From NCBI GenBank assembly GCA_012295275.1, contig CM022679.1:26908001-26972000 (forward strand): a DNA stretch of 64,000 bases. Direction: 5' to 3'. Every line of letters starts with the position of its first letter. Within the stretch, counting starts at the first letter, position 1. The notes below the pieces were generated by a model, which was not told the DNA's origin, ran no database searches, and saw only the letters and a list, made by a program, of their open reading frames with translations. Shown piece by piece: positions 43,891 to 59,646 of this stretch. Source of the DNA: Chrysomallon squamiferum. Its lineage: Eukaryota; Animalia; Mollusca. The position numbers and the translations under genes were made by a program.

Positions 43891-45715
43891 CGTGTTTGTT
43901 GTCTTCTCTTAACAAACATGAGGAACAACTTGTCACTGTCGAACTATTCAAGTCTGCTTGCTAATTAACTTCCAGTCCAAAACTGCTCAGAACATTACAA
44001 CATCAGTGCAATATTTATTTATGTCATAATTTATGTTTGAATTGGAAAACAAGGAATTTGCTTTGGTAGGAGACATTTTCTGATTATTTATTTAGCAACT
44101 GAAGGAAGAAGAAATAAAAATGCATCTCACATAGTGAGAACACACACAGATGAGCTGGATATAGTTACTACCAAAAGAAATTCAACCTCATGGTAAAGGT
44201 AATGTCCTTGGAGTGTTAAGGTTACAAGAGATACAGAAAATAAATGTGATGTAATGTTTATGATGTTTTGTTATCTTGATGTTACACTATTTTGTTAGGT
44301 AATTGTTTGCTTGCTTGTTTGTTTGTGGGTTTTTTGTTAATGTTTAATTTACTTTTTTTTATATTCACAAAACCATAAGGAACTGTACAGAAAGGGTTGA
44401 GAAAGATACAACAGTTGTTAACAAATACAGCCAATGTGCATGGGTGACAGTGTCATCTGTAACTGGATGAATAAATCAGAGCAGAAAAATTGCTTGATAA
44501 GAGATTTTCAGCATGTATACAGTTAATTGGTGCATTGAATGTCTGTTAATGCTATAATGTGAAATAAAATATTTAATTCAAGTAGAATGTTATGGTAAAC
44601 AAGAAGAAATTGACTTGTTTTTGTTGTTTTTCAAATTATTTGAACAAAATTAAGACATCTCTTTTCTATCTTATATTTTTAACCATCCACAGACCTGAAT
44701 ATTTAGGAATAACATGTCAAACATCAAACTGATTACAGAGTTGTGCATTTGTATATAGGTTTCTGATTACAATAACAAATTAGAATTGTTTATTCAAAAT
44801 TTCTTTTCTCCCCACCGTATATCCAGTTGAAAATTCAGGATGTATCCATGGTCAGAATACTTCAAAGATTTTATGTAAAAGGGTTATTAGTAACAAACAA
44901 TCAATTAATGTGTAAATAAATTTAAATATCTCCTGAAAAGCATGAAGGGACACAACTCTGGCCTGAAAATGTAGGTTTAAAGAGTGCACCTAAATTATCA
45001 ACAACTTTCATTAATTTGTAAGTCCATTACGTTGAAAACATATCAAGTCACTATCTGTACTGTCTGTCTCTGTCTTTCTTTGTGTATGTCATATTAAAGC
45101 TATGCAACAGACACACATGAATTTAACATTTGAAGTAAAAATATAATAAATACAATAATATAACAACAAATAATAATTTAGTATTGTTTAAAGGTCAGGC
45201 ATGAATGAATGATTTTCATTACTCTACTGAAACTGATTTGTATTTTTATATAAAAAAAAAAAAAATAATATGATACAGAGTCTAATCTGTTCAGAAATCA
45301 ATGAAAAGAAAGCATCAAAATTTTCATTTGTTTTGAAACATCTTCAGTTTTAAAATGATTTTTAAACATATTAAGCATAAGAAAAAACAAATATAAAAAA
45401 AAAATTAAATTGAAAAAAAAACCAAATAAATAAATAAAAAAACAAGGACATTTTTATTCAAATGTAAATAAACATAACCTGAAATATACAGTGAAATATT
45501 AATTCAACTAAAATACACATATCCAAAAACGATGTAAAAATATTTTCAAAGATTTTTTTAAAAATATTTTTGAAAGTGAAAAGATAAAACTTGTAACAGA
45601 GCATTTTCAAAACAACAACAAAATAAATAAATAAAAATACAAATACAAAAAGCTATTGTTCTAACTTTTTGAACTATGATATTTTCTCAGTTCATAAATT
45701 TTACTGACAGTTTAA

Positions 45716-45838
45716 TGTACCAAAGGTGAACAGTCCCCCAGTAGCTCATTTTCAAGTATGAGTTTCCTGTATTAGCCACACCAAGGTGGGGGTATCATCA
45801 CTCACCAGGTGACTCCTTGTTGCTGCATTTAAGGTACA
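45716..45838 (-). ncRNA. Second copy of the candidate structured small RNA
   Basis: Reverse complement of 36215-36337 with one substitution. Confidence 0.4.
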
Positions 45839-46149
45839 TTAAATAATAATTTTTAAATGGTGAGGAATGATTGATCCTAAAAATAATTATAATGTTAACC
45901 TAAATATTTTCATTACAGCATACATAACAAAATGGATACCAATTTTTTTTTAAATTAAGACTAATCAAAATTTTACTTTTATATTTATTTATTTTCTAAT
46001 TATTAAATGATAAGAAAAATAACAATTTATTTGATTTTTTACTACTACTATTAGTAATAACTTTAATAAAGTTATAATAACTATGTATATACTGTCACTA
46101 TGGTTATGGAGATGGTGGTAATACAATCTGTTAAACAAAAAGTTAAAGT

Positions 46150-46381
46150 TTATTACTATTACTATAATATAACTACCATTATTTCTTACAATTTATTTAT
46201 TTATTTGCTTTTTCTTTTTCATCTGCCTACTACTAATGCTACAACTACCCTTATTTTTCATTCTTATTTATTTATTTATTTTAATACTTATTTATTTATT
46301 GATAGCGCTACATCTTCTTCTTCTTCTTCATCTATCTTCTATTAATACTACAACAGGGATTATTTCTTATTATTTACTTAC

Positions 46382-46418
<37 letters not shown>

Positions 46419-48929
46419 TATAATGCTACATCTTCATCTAAATACTACTAATACTTCCACGAACATTATTTCTTACTATTATTATTTATTTATTAACTAA
46501 TTTCTTTATTTCTTTATTTATTAACTTATTTCTTTATTTATTAATTTATTTCATTATTTATAATGTTACATCTTCATTTTCTTCTTCATCTAACTAGTAC
46601 AAATACCACAAACTAGAATTAATTTTTATCATTTATTTATATATTTATAATGCTACGTCTCCTTCTTCATCTAACTACTACTAGTGCTACAACAACCCTT
46701 TATTCTTACTATTAAATTATTTACTTATTTATTTATTTATAATGCTACATCTTCATCATCTACTACTAATACTGCAACTACTGTTATTTCGTCTTATTAT
46801 TTATTTATTTATAATCTATATCTCCTTCTTCTTCATCCAAATACCACTAATGGTAAACTACACTTTTTTCTTCTTCTTATTTAATTATTTTGTTTAAAAC
46901 TTATTTATTTATTCATAGTGGTACATCTTCTTCTTCTTCTTCTTCTTCTTCATATAAGTACTATTAATATTACAGCTGCCATTTTTATTATTTATTTATT
47001 TATCAATTTATTTATTTATTGACTGACTGATTGATTTATTTATAATGCTACATCTTCTTCTTCATCAAACTACTTATACTACAACTACCCTTGTTTCTCA
47101 TTATTATTTATCTATTTATTTTAATGCTTGTTTATTTATTCACAGTGCTATAACTTCTTCTTCATCACCTAACTACTACTAATACTACAACAACCGTTAT
47201 TTCTTATTATTATTTTTCTATTTTTTATTTACTTTGTTATAATGCTATATATTCTTCTACTAATAATAATAATACAACTACTGTTATTTCATCTTCTTAT
47301 TTTTTATTTTTGTATTTATTTATTTATAATGCAACATCTTCTTCTGTACATCTAACTGCTGCTAACTCTACAACTACCCTTACTTCTTTTTTATAATTTA
47401 TTTATTTATTTGCTTACCTTTTTATTTATAATGCTACATCTTCTTCTTCATATAACAACTACTAATTCTACCATAATATTATTTCTTATTACATATTTAG
47501 TTACCTATTTATTTACTTATTTATGTATTAATAATGTTACATACTTGAATTACCCTTATTTCTTATTATCTGTTTACTGATTTATAATGTTACATCTTCC
47601 TCTTCTTCATTTAACTACAGCTAATATTATTTCTTATTGTTTATTTATTTATTATTTATTTGCTTATCTATTCATTTATAAGGCAACATCATCTTCTTCT
47701 TAATCTAACTACTACTAATGCTATATCTACTATTACTTCTCATTATTATTTATTTATAGTGCTACATCCTCTTCTTTTTCATCTAACTACTAATAATGCC
47801 ACTACCGTTATTCATTATTATTATTATTAATTATTATTATTATTATTATTATTATTTTATAATTTATTTATTTATTTATATATTTATTTATAATGCCATA
47901 TCTTCTTTTCCTTCATCTAACTACTATTAATCCTACCGCTAACATTGCATCTTATTATCTTTTATTTATTTATTTATTTACTTAAGAAACTACTAACAGT
48001 ACCACCTACAATATTTCTTATTATTGTTTATTTATTTATAATGCTACATCTTCGTCTTCTTCATCTAACTACTACTAGTACAACAACTACCCTTATTTCT
48101 TATTATTTATTTATTTATTTATTTTTTATTTTTTTACATCTTTTATTTATTTAATTTATTATCCTTATTTTTTTTTTTTATTTATTTATTTATTTATAAT
48201 GCTATATCTCCTTCTTCTTCATCCAAATACTACTAATAATAAACTACCCTATTTTCTTATTATTATTTAATTATTTAGTTTAATACTTTTTTATTTATTC
48301 ACAGTGGTACATCTTCTTCTTCATGTGAGTACTACTAATACTACAAGTTCCATTATTTTTATTATTTATTTATTTGTTTATTTATTTACTGACTGATTGA
48401 TTTATTTATTTATAATGCTACATCTTCTTCATCTAACTACTACTAATAATACAACTACTGTTATTTTTCTTCTTAGTTATTTATTTATTTATTTGTCCTT
48501 ACATCTTTTATATTAATTTTTTTATTTGTTTGTTTATCTTTTTTATTTATAATGTTACATCTTCTTCTTCTTTTCTTCATCTAACAACTACTAATACTAT
48601 TTCTACCATAATTTATTTTTATTTATTTATTTATGCTTTATTTATTCATTAATAATGCAACATCTTCTTCTCTTTTTTTTCATCTAACTACTACTAATCC
48701 TATATCTTATTCTTTTTTTTTTTATTTATTTGTTCTGCTTATCTATTCATTTATATTGCAACATCATCCTTTTTCTTCATCTGATTACTAATACTACCAT
48801 TATTCCTTATTATTATTATTATTATTATTATTTTAAAATTTATTTATTTATTTTATTTATAATGCCATATCTTCTCTACTTCTTCATCAAACTACTACTA
48901 ATGCTACAACTGCCATTATTTCTTTTTTT

Positions 48930-48960
<31 letters not shown>

Positions 48961-49518
48961 TTTTATTTATTTGGTGTTACATCTCCTCCTTTTCCTTCAT
49001 CTAACTACTATAATCCTACCGCTAACATTGCATCTTATTATCTTTTATTTATTTATTTATTTATTTATTTAACAAACTACTAATAGTACCACCAACACTA
49101 TTTCTTATTATTGCTTATTTATTTATAATGGTACATCTTCTTCATCTTCATCTAACTACTACTAATACAACAACTACCCTTATTTCTTATTATTTATTTA
49201 TTTACTTACTTACTTATACTACTACATCTTCTTCTTCTTCATCTAACCACTACTAATACTACAACTATCCTTATTTTTTCTTTTTATTTATTTATTTATT
49301 TATAATGCTATATCTCCTTCTTCTTCATCCAAATACTACTAATGATAAACTACCCTATTTTCTTCTTATTATTTAATTGTTTATTTATTTATTTATAGTG
49401 TTACATCTCCTTCTTTTCCTTCATCTAACTACTACTAATGCTACCACTAACATTGATTCTTATCATCTTTCATTTATTTATTTATTTACTTAAGAAACTA
49501 CTAACAGTATCACTTCCA

Positions 49519-49551
<33 letters not shown>

Positions 49552-51668
49552 CGTAATGCTACATCTTCCTCTTTTTCTTCATCATCAAATACTAATACAA
49601 CGACTGTCCTTATGTCTTATTTATTTATTTATTTATAATATAATACTACATCTACTTCTTATTCTTCATCTAACCACTGCTAATGCTACAACTACCCTTA
49701 TTTTTTATTATTTCTTATTTATTTATTCATAGTGCTACATCTTCTCTTTCATCTAACTACTACTAGTACTAGAACTACCTTTATTTCTTATTATTATTTA
49801 TATTTTTATTTATAGTGCATCTTCTTCTTTTTTTTTTTCATTTTGTACTATTAATACCACAACTAACCTTGTTTCTTCTTATTATCTATTTATTCATTTA
49901 CTTTCTTATTTATTTATTTATAAAGCTATTTCTTCTTCTTCTTCAGCTAAATACTGCTAATACAACAACTACCCTTATTTCTTATTATTAGCTATTTATT
50001 TATTTACTTACTCTCTTATACTACTACATCTCCTTCTTCTTCTTCATCTAACCATTACTAATGCTACAACTACCCTTATTTTTTATTATTTATTTATTTA
50101 TAATTCTCTTCTTGTTGATCTAACTACTACCAATACAACAACTACCTTATTTCTTATTATTAGCTATTTATTTATCTATTTATTTACTTACTTACTTATT
50201 TATACTACTAAATCTCCTTCATCATTTAACCACTACTAGTGCTACAACTACCCTTAATCTTAATTTTTTGTTATTATTTATTTAATTATTTATTTATTTA
50301 TTTATTTATAATGCTACATATTCTTCTTCCTCATCATCATCTACTAATAATATTACAACTACCTTATTGCTTATTATTTATTTATTTATTTATTTATTTA
50401 TAGTCTTACATCTCCATCTTTTCCTTCATCTAACTACTGTTAATCCTACAGCTAATATTGATTCTTATTATCTTTTATTTATTTATTTATTTACTTAAGA
50501 AACTACTAATAGTATCACCTACAATATTTCTTGTTTATTTGTTTATTTATTTATAATGCTATATCTTCTTATTCTTGAACTATTTTTATACAAACAACTA
50601 ACTATTATTTCTTACTATTAACTTCTTTATTTTTTCTTATTTATTTATTTTATTTATTTATAATACTACATATTCTATTTCTTCATCTTCTTCATCACTA
50701 CTACTAATTCTACAACAACTATTTTTTATTTTTTTTTATTATTTATTTATTTATTTATTTATTTATAATCTTACATCTTCTTCTTTTTCCTTCATCTAAC
50801 CACTACTAATACACAAAACTATCTTTTTTCTTTTTATTTTATTTATTTATTTATTTATTTATTTATAATGCTACATCAATATTTCTTTTTTTTCACTACT
50901 TCAAATTACTAATACAACAACTACTATTATTTTTTCATTTACTTTCTTATTTATTTTTTATTTTTACTTATTATACTACTACATATTCTTTTATTATTCT
51001 TCATCTAACCACTACTAAAACAACAATCCTTTATTTTTTATTTTTTATTTTTTTATTTATTTATTTATTTATTTATTTATAATGCTACATCATCCTCTTC
51101 ACTTAAAAAAAACTACTAATAGTACTATCTACAATATTTCTTTTTATTGTTTATTTATTTCTTTTGTCATGCTACATCTTCCTCTTCTTCATCACCTACC
51201 AACTACTAATACAATAACTATCCTTATTTCTTATTATTTACTTATTTATTTTATACTACTATATCTCATTCTTCTTCATTAACCACTTCATCTACAATTT
51301 TTTTTTATTTTAATTTTATTTATTTTATTTATTTATTTATTTATAGTGTTACATCTCCTTCTTTTCCTTTTTCTAACTACTGCTAAGCCTACCACTAACA
51401 TTGATTCTTATTATCTTTTATTTCTTTATTTATTTTAACTTATGAAACTACTAATAGTACCACCTACAATATTTCTTATTAATGTTTGCTTATTTATAAT
51501 GCTACATATCCTTCTTCTTCTTCATCTAACCACTACTAGTGCTGCAACTACCTTATTTTTTATTACTTATTTATTTATTTATAATGCTACATCTTCCACT
51601 TCTTTATATCACTACTGCTAATACTACAACTATCCTTATTTCTTATTATTAGCTATTTATTTATTTGT

Positions 51669-51703
<35 letters not shown>

Positions 51704-52088
51704 TTCATTTACTTACTTACTTACTTACACTACTACATCTCCTTCTTCATATAACCACTACTAGTGCTACAACTACCTTATTTTTATTATTTATTTATTT
51801 ATTTACTTATTTATTTATTTATTTACTTATTTATTTACAATGCTACATCTTCCTTTTCTGCTTCATCTAACTACTACTAATACAACAGCAATCCTCATTT
51901 CTTATTATTTATTTATTTATTTACTTACTTATACTACTACATTTCATACTTCTTCATCTAACTACTATCAATGCTACAACTGTCCCTATTTCTTTTTATT
52001 ATTTATTTATTTATTTATTTTTTATAATGCTACATATTCTTCTTCTTCATTATCATCTACTAATAATACTACAACTACCTTATTTCTT

Positions 52089-52124
<36 letters not shown>

Positions 52125-53830
52125 TAGTGTTACATCTCCTTCTTTTCTTTCATCTAACTACTAGTAATGCTACCACTTACACTGATTCTTATTATCTTTT
52201 ATTTATTTATTTATTTACTGAAGAAACTACTAACAGAACCACCCACAATATTTCTTATTATTGTTTGTTTTCTTTTTTTTTTTTCTAATTCTACAACTTC
52301 CTCTTCTTGTTCATCTACCAAATACTAATACAACCACTATTGTTATGTCTTATTTATTTATTTATTTATTTATAATGCTACATCTTCTTCTTCTTCATCT
52401 AACTAATACTACACTTATTTCTGATTATTATTTTTTGGTTTATTTATTTACTTTTGATTAATTTACTTATTTATTTACTTTTTTATTAATTTAATTATTT
52501 ATTTATTTATTTATTTATCTATCTATAATGCTATGTCTAACATTATTTCTGTGATTTATTTATTTATTTACATATTTATTTATAAATCTATATATTCTTC
52601 TTCCTTTTCTTCTTATTCATTTATCTATTTGTTTTATTTGCTATTTATTTATTATTTTTTTATTTATTTTTATTTATTTTTATTTGCTACACTGTTGGTT
52701 TGTTTGTTTTTTTTGTTCATTATTTCTTCATATTTATTTATTTATTAATTTACATTTATTTTTTTATTTCTTATTATTTATTTATTTTATTTTCTTATTC
52801 ATTTATTTATTTATTTATAATGCTATATCTTCCATTTTTCATCTTTATTATTATTTATTACATCTACCCTTGTTTTTATTTATTTATTTGTTTTTGTTTT
52901 TTTTCTTCTTGTTGTTTCATATAACTACTACTAATACTACAACCAATTTTTATTTCTTCTTATTTATTTATTTATTTATTTATTATTTATTTATTTATTT
53001 ACATCTATTCCTCTTCTTCTTTTATTTAAATACTACAAAGACTTCCACTTATTTTCTTCTTATTATATATTTACCCTTTTATTTATTTATTTATTTATTC
53101 ATTTGTTTGTTTGTATCTTGTTCTTCTTCATCTTCTCTAACTACTACTGCTATGCTATTCTTTCTTATTTTTTTTTATTTATTTATTTATTTATTTTGGA
53201 TTTATTTATTTATAATGCTACATCTTTCCTCTTCTTCTTCATCTAACAACCCAAAGTACTATATCTACCCTTTTTTTTTTTTTATTTATTTTATTTCTTC
53301 TTATTATATATTTATTTATATATTTATTTATTATTTTTTTTATTATTTATTAATAAAACTATATCTTGTTCTTCTTCATCAACTACTACTAGTGCTACAA
53401 CTACCCTTTATTTCTTATTATTTATTTATTTATTTATAATGCTACATATCCTTCTTCTTCTTCTTCTAACTACTATCTAATACTGCCACTAACGTTTATT
53501 CTTATTATTTTTATTTATTGATTTTATTTATTTATAATGCTGTTTCTTCTTTGTTTGTTTCTTTTTATTTTCTGATGTTTAATTATAAATCAATATCTGT
53601 TTATTCCTTTTGTTCTTATTATTATTTTACTTATTCCTTTAGCTATAATGCTACATATTATTCTTTTTGTCTTCTTCTTATTATTATAATTAATTTACTC
53701 ATTTATATATTTATTTATTAATAATGCTATATATTCAATTTTGTCCTTTTTAAAATTATTTATTCATATATAATAATGCTACATGTTCTTTTAGTTCTTC
53801 TTCTTACTTATACAACAACTACTCTACTAT
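46150..53830 (-). repeat. AT-rich compound satellite (right arm, reverse orientation)
   Basis: Units ATAATGCTACATC(TTC)nATCTAA(CTA)n...CCCTTATTTCTTATT(ATTT)n; copies are more degraded after ~52500. Confidence 0.93.
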
Positions 53831-55223
53831 TTTATTTATTACTTAAAAATAATTGATGGAATACATAATTTATTTATTTATAATGATAACTATCTTTTTT
53901 TTATGTTTTAAAGAAACTAATTTATTTATTTATTTTGAACGATATATATATTCTTTTTGAAGTTCATGCAGACATTTTATTTATTTGTTTAATAACCTGA
54001 AAAAGATCCAAAGTTTATTATTTTCAAAGAAACAAATAATCTGAAATAAAACTAAATTACTTTTTAAATTAAAAAATTCAATATATTCCACCACCATCTC
54101 CATCTACTACTGACTAATATTTATAATTAAAATGTAATTTGGAAAACATAAAAAATAGTTAATGATAATTTAAATCTTAATTATTTAGTTTCTTTGTTAT
54201 ATATATATTACCAGTTGCTACAGACACCTATTTTATTTTAACCTCATATCTTTTTTATTTAATCAAAGAAACAAATAATTTAAATGTTTATTTCATTTTT
54301 TAAATTTGTAAAATTCAATATATTTTTCCTTTCCACCACCATTCCATTATTATTTTTATTTATTTATAATTATTATTATTTTTTTAAAACATCAAATCTT
54401 CTTAAATACTTATTATTTAAAATTTTGTTTTTATTTACATTTTATTTATAAACTACATGTTACTCTTTATTTTATTTCTTCTTATATTTTTTTATTTATT
54501 TATTAATTTTTATTCTTCTTTTATTCGTTTAGCTTTTCATTTATTATTTTATAAATTATTATTTTATTTTATTTATTTAAATTTATTATTACATTTTCTT
54601 TTTTCATCTAATTCAAATTTATTTTTCTTAATGCTTATTCTTCTTCTTCTTATTATTATTATTATTATCATTATTATCTTTATTTGTTATGCTACATATT
54701 TGTAATTGTAATTGTAGGTTTAAATTTAAAATTAGATATATATATATATTTTTACATTGGAAAGGTTGGCGAAACAAGAAAACAATTTTATTTTAAATGT
54801 TCTTAAATTTGAGAAGTATAGAAAGTAATTTTGCAATGAAACTTGTATGGCTCCCAAATAAACATTAGTAAACATGCTGTAGAAAAACAATATCAAGTTT
54901 GATTTTAGGAAATGAAAATAATAATAAACGAATCCCAAGATTGATTTTAAGAAATGAAAATAATAATAAATAAATACCAAGATGAATAATAATATTCTAA
55001 ATCAGAAATCTTAATGCCAAATTTGAAAATTTCAATATAAATTATAATATTGAATGTTGAAGCTGAATGCAGTTTGCTCACATTAATCATGAAAGAAACT
55101 CATCCTAGGTTTTGAAAAATAAAACATATTTAAAATAGTTTTAGTCTTCTTACTGGATATCGTTTAGTTTTAACGAGATGAGTTAATATTTCATTTTAAT
55201 TTTGACACAGAGAAACTGCAGCT

Positions 55224-55341
55224 ACTTACAAAGTTTGAGGCGGAGTCACTAAGGAGATGCATTGTTGACGTCATATATATAGGTCACTAGATTGTCGGAA
55301 GTTGCCGAAGTAAACCGAGTTCGTCAGAAGGTTTCGGTCGT
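55224..55341 (-). promoter_or_regulatory. Putative Pol II promoter and short first exon (right arm)
   Basis: ACTTCCG (55302-55296), TATATATA (55281-55274), TGACGTCA (55273-55266), CATCTCCTT, donor GTAAGT (55229-55224). Confidence 0.55.
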
Positions 55342-57308
55342 TCTGTTTTCTTTTTCTTTTTTTTTTCTTTCTGAAAATGTTACTTATTAGTACTTTACCC
55401 TTTCTATTTCAGTACCAGTAAATATTTTATTAGATACAGAAATTATAATAAGCACACCCAACGAAAATGTCCTAATTTTATTTTGATAATTTAATTTTAG
55501 AGCATTCTGAATTTACCGATTTATAACCGCTTACCGAGTCTCATTAAACGTAATTTTATCCTTAATCTTTCTCTCTCTCTCTCTCTGTTTTGATTTCATA
55601 CGTTGGATTTAATACTAAATAAATAAATGAAACTGATTTTTATCAATACGCAACTAAATTAACAACTTTCAACAAAGAACAACAAATAAATGAATAATTT
55701 AAAAATTCTTTATTACAGTTTTGTTGTTGCATTACATTTTGAAACTGACCAATCACTGGTTCTTTTTAAATAATTAATGGGTTTTCTAGTTCCACTACTT
55801 AGCAATACTCCAGATACATTAAAATACAGAATCAGTAACTATCTCTGAATAAATAATAGTCTTATATAACTAAATAATATAAATACTGCATATATCAAAT
55901 ATATCAAATATATCACATTTTCTTATGGACGGCAGAATTTGATTTATAAAATTCCTTATCTTAAAAAAAACAACTAGTATCAAAATCTCAAAAACTGAGA
56001 CAATGTTATATATTAATTTTTTTAAAGTTTATAACAAACAATAAACAATGAATAGTGTTATTTACAAAAAGTACACAATGATAATAAGAAATGGGTAACA
56101 TGCTGTTTTAATAAATAAATAAATAAATAAATAATAAAAGCTAGCATATATAAATGTAAAAGTAATTAATATTAAAAATATAATAAAACATTTAGGAATG
56201 TGTTTTGTTCACTATATTCAGTTTTCTTTGTGATAAATCCAACTTGAGAGTACTATCAAATTGTTTTTTTCGATGTTTTATTTATGTGTGTGTATGTGTT
56301 TATGTTTTTTGATGTTTTATTTATGTGTGTATGTGTTTATGTTTTTTGATGTTTTATTCATGTGTGTATGTTCTTCTGTTTATTGACAGATGTGAGAGAA
56401 TTTAAATGTGATTGTATAACGGTTTTTGTTTGTATCTGTTCTCTGCGTGTATATGTATATGAGCTTAATTATGTACATGTGTATGTGTCTGGTCTTGAAT
56501 TCATGTTAATGTTTCTCTATTGGTATATATTACATTGATTCATTTTGCAAAATTGAGTTCACTTTCATTTAACTGTTTCATTTAACAGTTCATGTTTTCT
56601 GTATCAGTTCTTCCATTAACTACAACCTGTAAATAAATAAATAAATTATTTGCATATACTAAATTTGACACATATGAATACAGTGAATGAATATTTTATT
56701 TTAAATTAATAATATTATTACAATCATAACACACTGATTAATATTCTGGTAAATTTATCTTAAAATTAAATTATCATAATGTACATGTTATTTCAGTGTT
56801 ATGTAATCATAATAAGTTAAAAAACAAACTCTGGAACAACATTAAGAAATATATCATTGATAATACATTACATATTATTTCATGGAAGTGGCACATATAT
56901 TGGCTAATAAAATAATAATAATACTAACAACAACAACAATAACAATAATAATATAATAAATAAATAAATAAATAAATAAAAAGACCCTGCACAGCAAAAT
57001 GAGTCATAAGTTATACATAAAAATTTCTCAATAAATTCATTAATTAACAATAACTAAAAATTTTAAGATTTTCTTAAAGAACTAAAATATGTTGGTCATT
57101 ATATGAATTGTCTATTATGCTGGTTGCTAAGGCAACAGAAGAAATAACTACTTTCAAATTGTGAGACAGTGCAACAGGGAATGAAGATTTGAAAAAAAAA
57201 AAAAAAAAAATGTTGTTATCTTATTATATGTAATTATCATGAAATATGAAATTACCAAAACTTCACTTAAAATGTATTTTCAATACGACTCATTTTGATC
57301 ATGGGTTA

Positions 57309-57414
57309 TCACAAACAAATTAACTTACAATCAGATAATGCTATTCCAGTGTATTTTTCTATCAGATGGTCGGCATAGCGACGCTGTTCATCATTCAACA
57401 GAGCTGGCTCTTGC
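57309..57414 (-). CDS. Coiled-coil protein, probable last or penultimate exon
   Basis: ttacag|G completes TGG, then QEPALLNDEQRRYADHLIEKYTGIALSDCKLICL*. An internal GTAAGT at 57328 could instead splice to an acceptor at 56626. Confidence 0.7.
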
Positions 57415-59646
57415 CTGTAATTTAAAACAGGAAGAATAAACATTTATTTAGTAGCAAACTAAAATTATGTTTGCATTCTGTGCCAACTGGTAAAATTTTG
57501 TTTTTGATGCATTAATTTATTATATTCTCTTAAAATTATTTTGTATTTGTGTGTATGTTTGTATATGTATATACATGCATATGTGTGTTTTCATGTACAT
57601 GTACGTATGTATTTCAAAAAAACTGTTATCTTATTTATTACTTTGACAGTTGATGTGCTTGAATGAATGAGCTTATCTGCAGATGTGCTCAAGGAAACAC
57701 AGACACTCACACACACATACAATCACACCAGAACACATTTTGATATTAATTATTATATATTTCAGATATAATGATAAATGATGATGTGAGACAGGGAATG
57801 TGTAACTTTCTGGTTTACTCTTTATCAATTAGCAGCAAGAATTTTTTTATTTCACCTTCCCATAAACAGAAAATCTCATAGCTATCAATAAACCAGTCAT
57901 GGAGCACTGGATGGATTGGGAAGTTGGCTAACACATCTGGTAAGGAGGACTGAACCTAGAATTTACAATGGGCAAATTGTGGTCTGCAGGGTAAACCATG
58001 TTTCATGTAGCCAATTACTGAAGAAACAGTCAATGCCTTGTAAAGATTATGAAGTATTTGTGAGCTGTACTTGATTTTTTGTAATACTAATACCACATCT
58101 GTTTCAAATTTTTTTGTAAGTACTAGTGCTAACTAAATTAGTTATTAAACTAGTAAATTATTAAGTTAAAATTTACAGTTGTTCAATAAATATACAAGTA
58201 CACATAGCTTTGAAACATGTATTAATATTTTTTTTAAGTATATAGATTTAGATCATTTTATTATTTGAAAATTACAAATTTCATACAGATTGTGTAAATG
58301 TATTAACATTTTTATAAGTACATACAGTACTGTTTCTTAAAACTTTAATTAAAGTATATTTATTAAATTAAAAATTAAGATTATCTAATAATTTTATTAT
58401 AATTGTTTTTTGTCTAATATTATTACAATAAAACATTAATTAAAGCTAAAAATTAAATAACTTTAAAACAATAGTAACTATATTCATTTATAAACTCAGA
58501 TTATTTTACAATTAAATATCGATGATAAACTTATTAATTATTTATATATTGCTCACAGAACATGTTCAGTTGTACAATAACTACATATTTATTCCAGATA
58601 ATAAATTTATTAATATAAGAAAGTTAGATTTTTTTTAATGTTTAAATTATAGTTATTAATTCATTTTATAAATTTAATACTATCTGAACTACTGTGAAAC
58701 GTCTCAAAACCAGATTCTGATTTAGCTAGTAAGTAACAGTTAACTAAGCTATAGTAATTAATTAATTAAGTTAGTAGGTAATTAAGTAAGTAAATAATAT
58801 GTAACTAAGTAAGTATGTAATTACTAAGTATAATACGATGCACCAGTCTAAAATGATGCTAAATCATCAAAGACATTTTTCACTACTATTCACTTACAAC
58901 CACAGGTCTGCAATTTCTGGTGAAAGCAAGTTTTTTCTGTTGTTAAACAAATTGAATTATGGTGAAACATAAACATTAAATTTTCTCAACTCTGTAAATA
59001 GCAAATATTTTAAGAAATCGAAAATGACATGAATATAATCAAATCACAGCAAAAACATGTAGAAGCTCATAAGAGGCAGACATTTTTTCTAAATAACTGA
59101 AATTTCTTGATTATGCTGCTAAAAAATATTAATCTTAATATGCACTGCTAGCATTGCTTTTATGTAAGTATTTATGCAGTCAAAGCAAATGAGTTTTTAT
59201 TTATTTATATATTAAATTTAACAAAAAAGATTTCAATCCATTTGTGCTTGTTTTACTTTCTCAAAAGATTTCAGAAGATTCAAAGATCTGTTTTTGCTTT
59301 CTTAAAAATGAATATGAACAGATTTTCTGGTACAGGATAGTTAATATATTATTTATTTATTTATTTATTTATCATCATCATTATCATCATCAGTACATAC
59401 AGATTTGGATCATTATTATTCACTTATTTAGTTATTTATTATATTTTTTTGATTTGTAACCTAATATTTAATACAAAAAAATACAGAATGAAACTCCAGT
59501 TTAATTTAGTACAGAATGTAATCAATGAGAAATTGTTTTTAAATAATGATTTTAAATTTTGCTTTTAAACCTACAGCTTAAAGAAAATTTATCAAAAAAT
59601 AACTTGTTTAAGTTTTAAATTTTCTACTTACATTTGTAATTCATAC

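Larger units (their letters stand above)
45420..55600 (-). repeat. Right arm of a large inverted duplication
   Basis: Mirror image of 26740-36600, including reversed satellite orientation. Confidence 0.9.

Noticed and set aside
46100-54980. Plus-strand hydrophobic ORFs, including a 251-aa ORF at 52684
   Set aside because: The same satellite in the opposite orientation; low-complexity artefacts.
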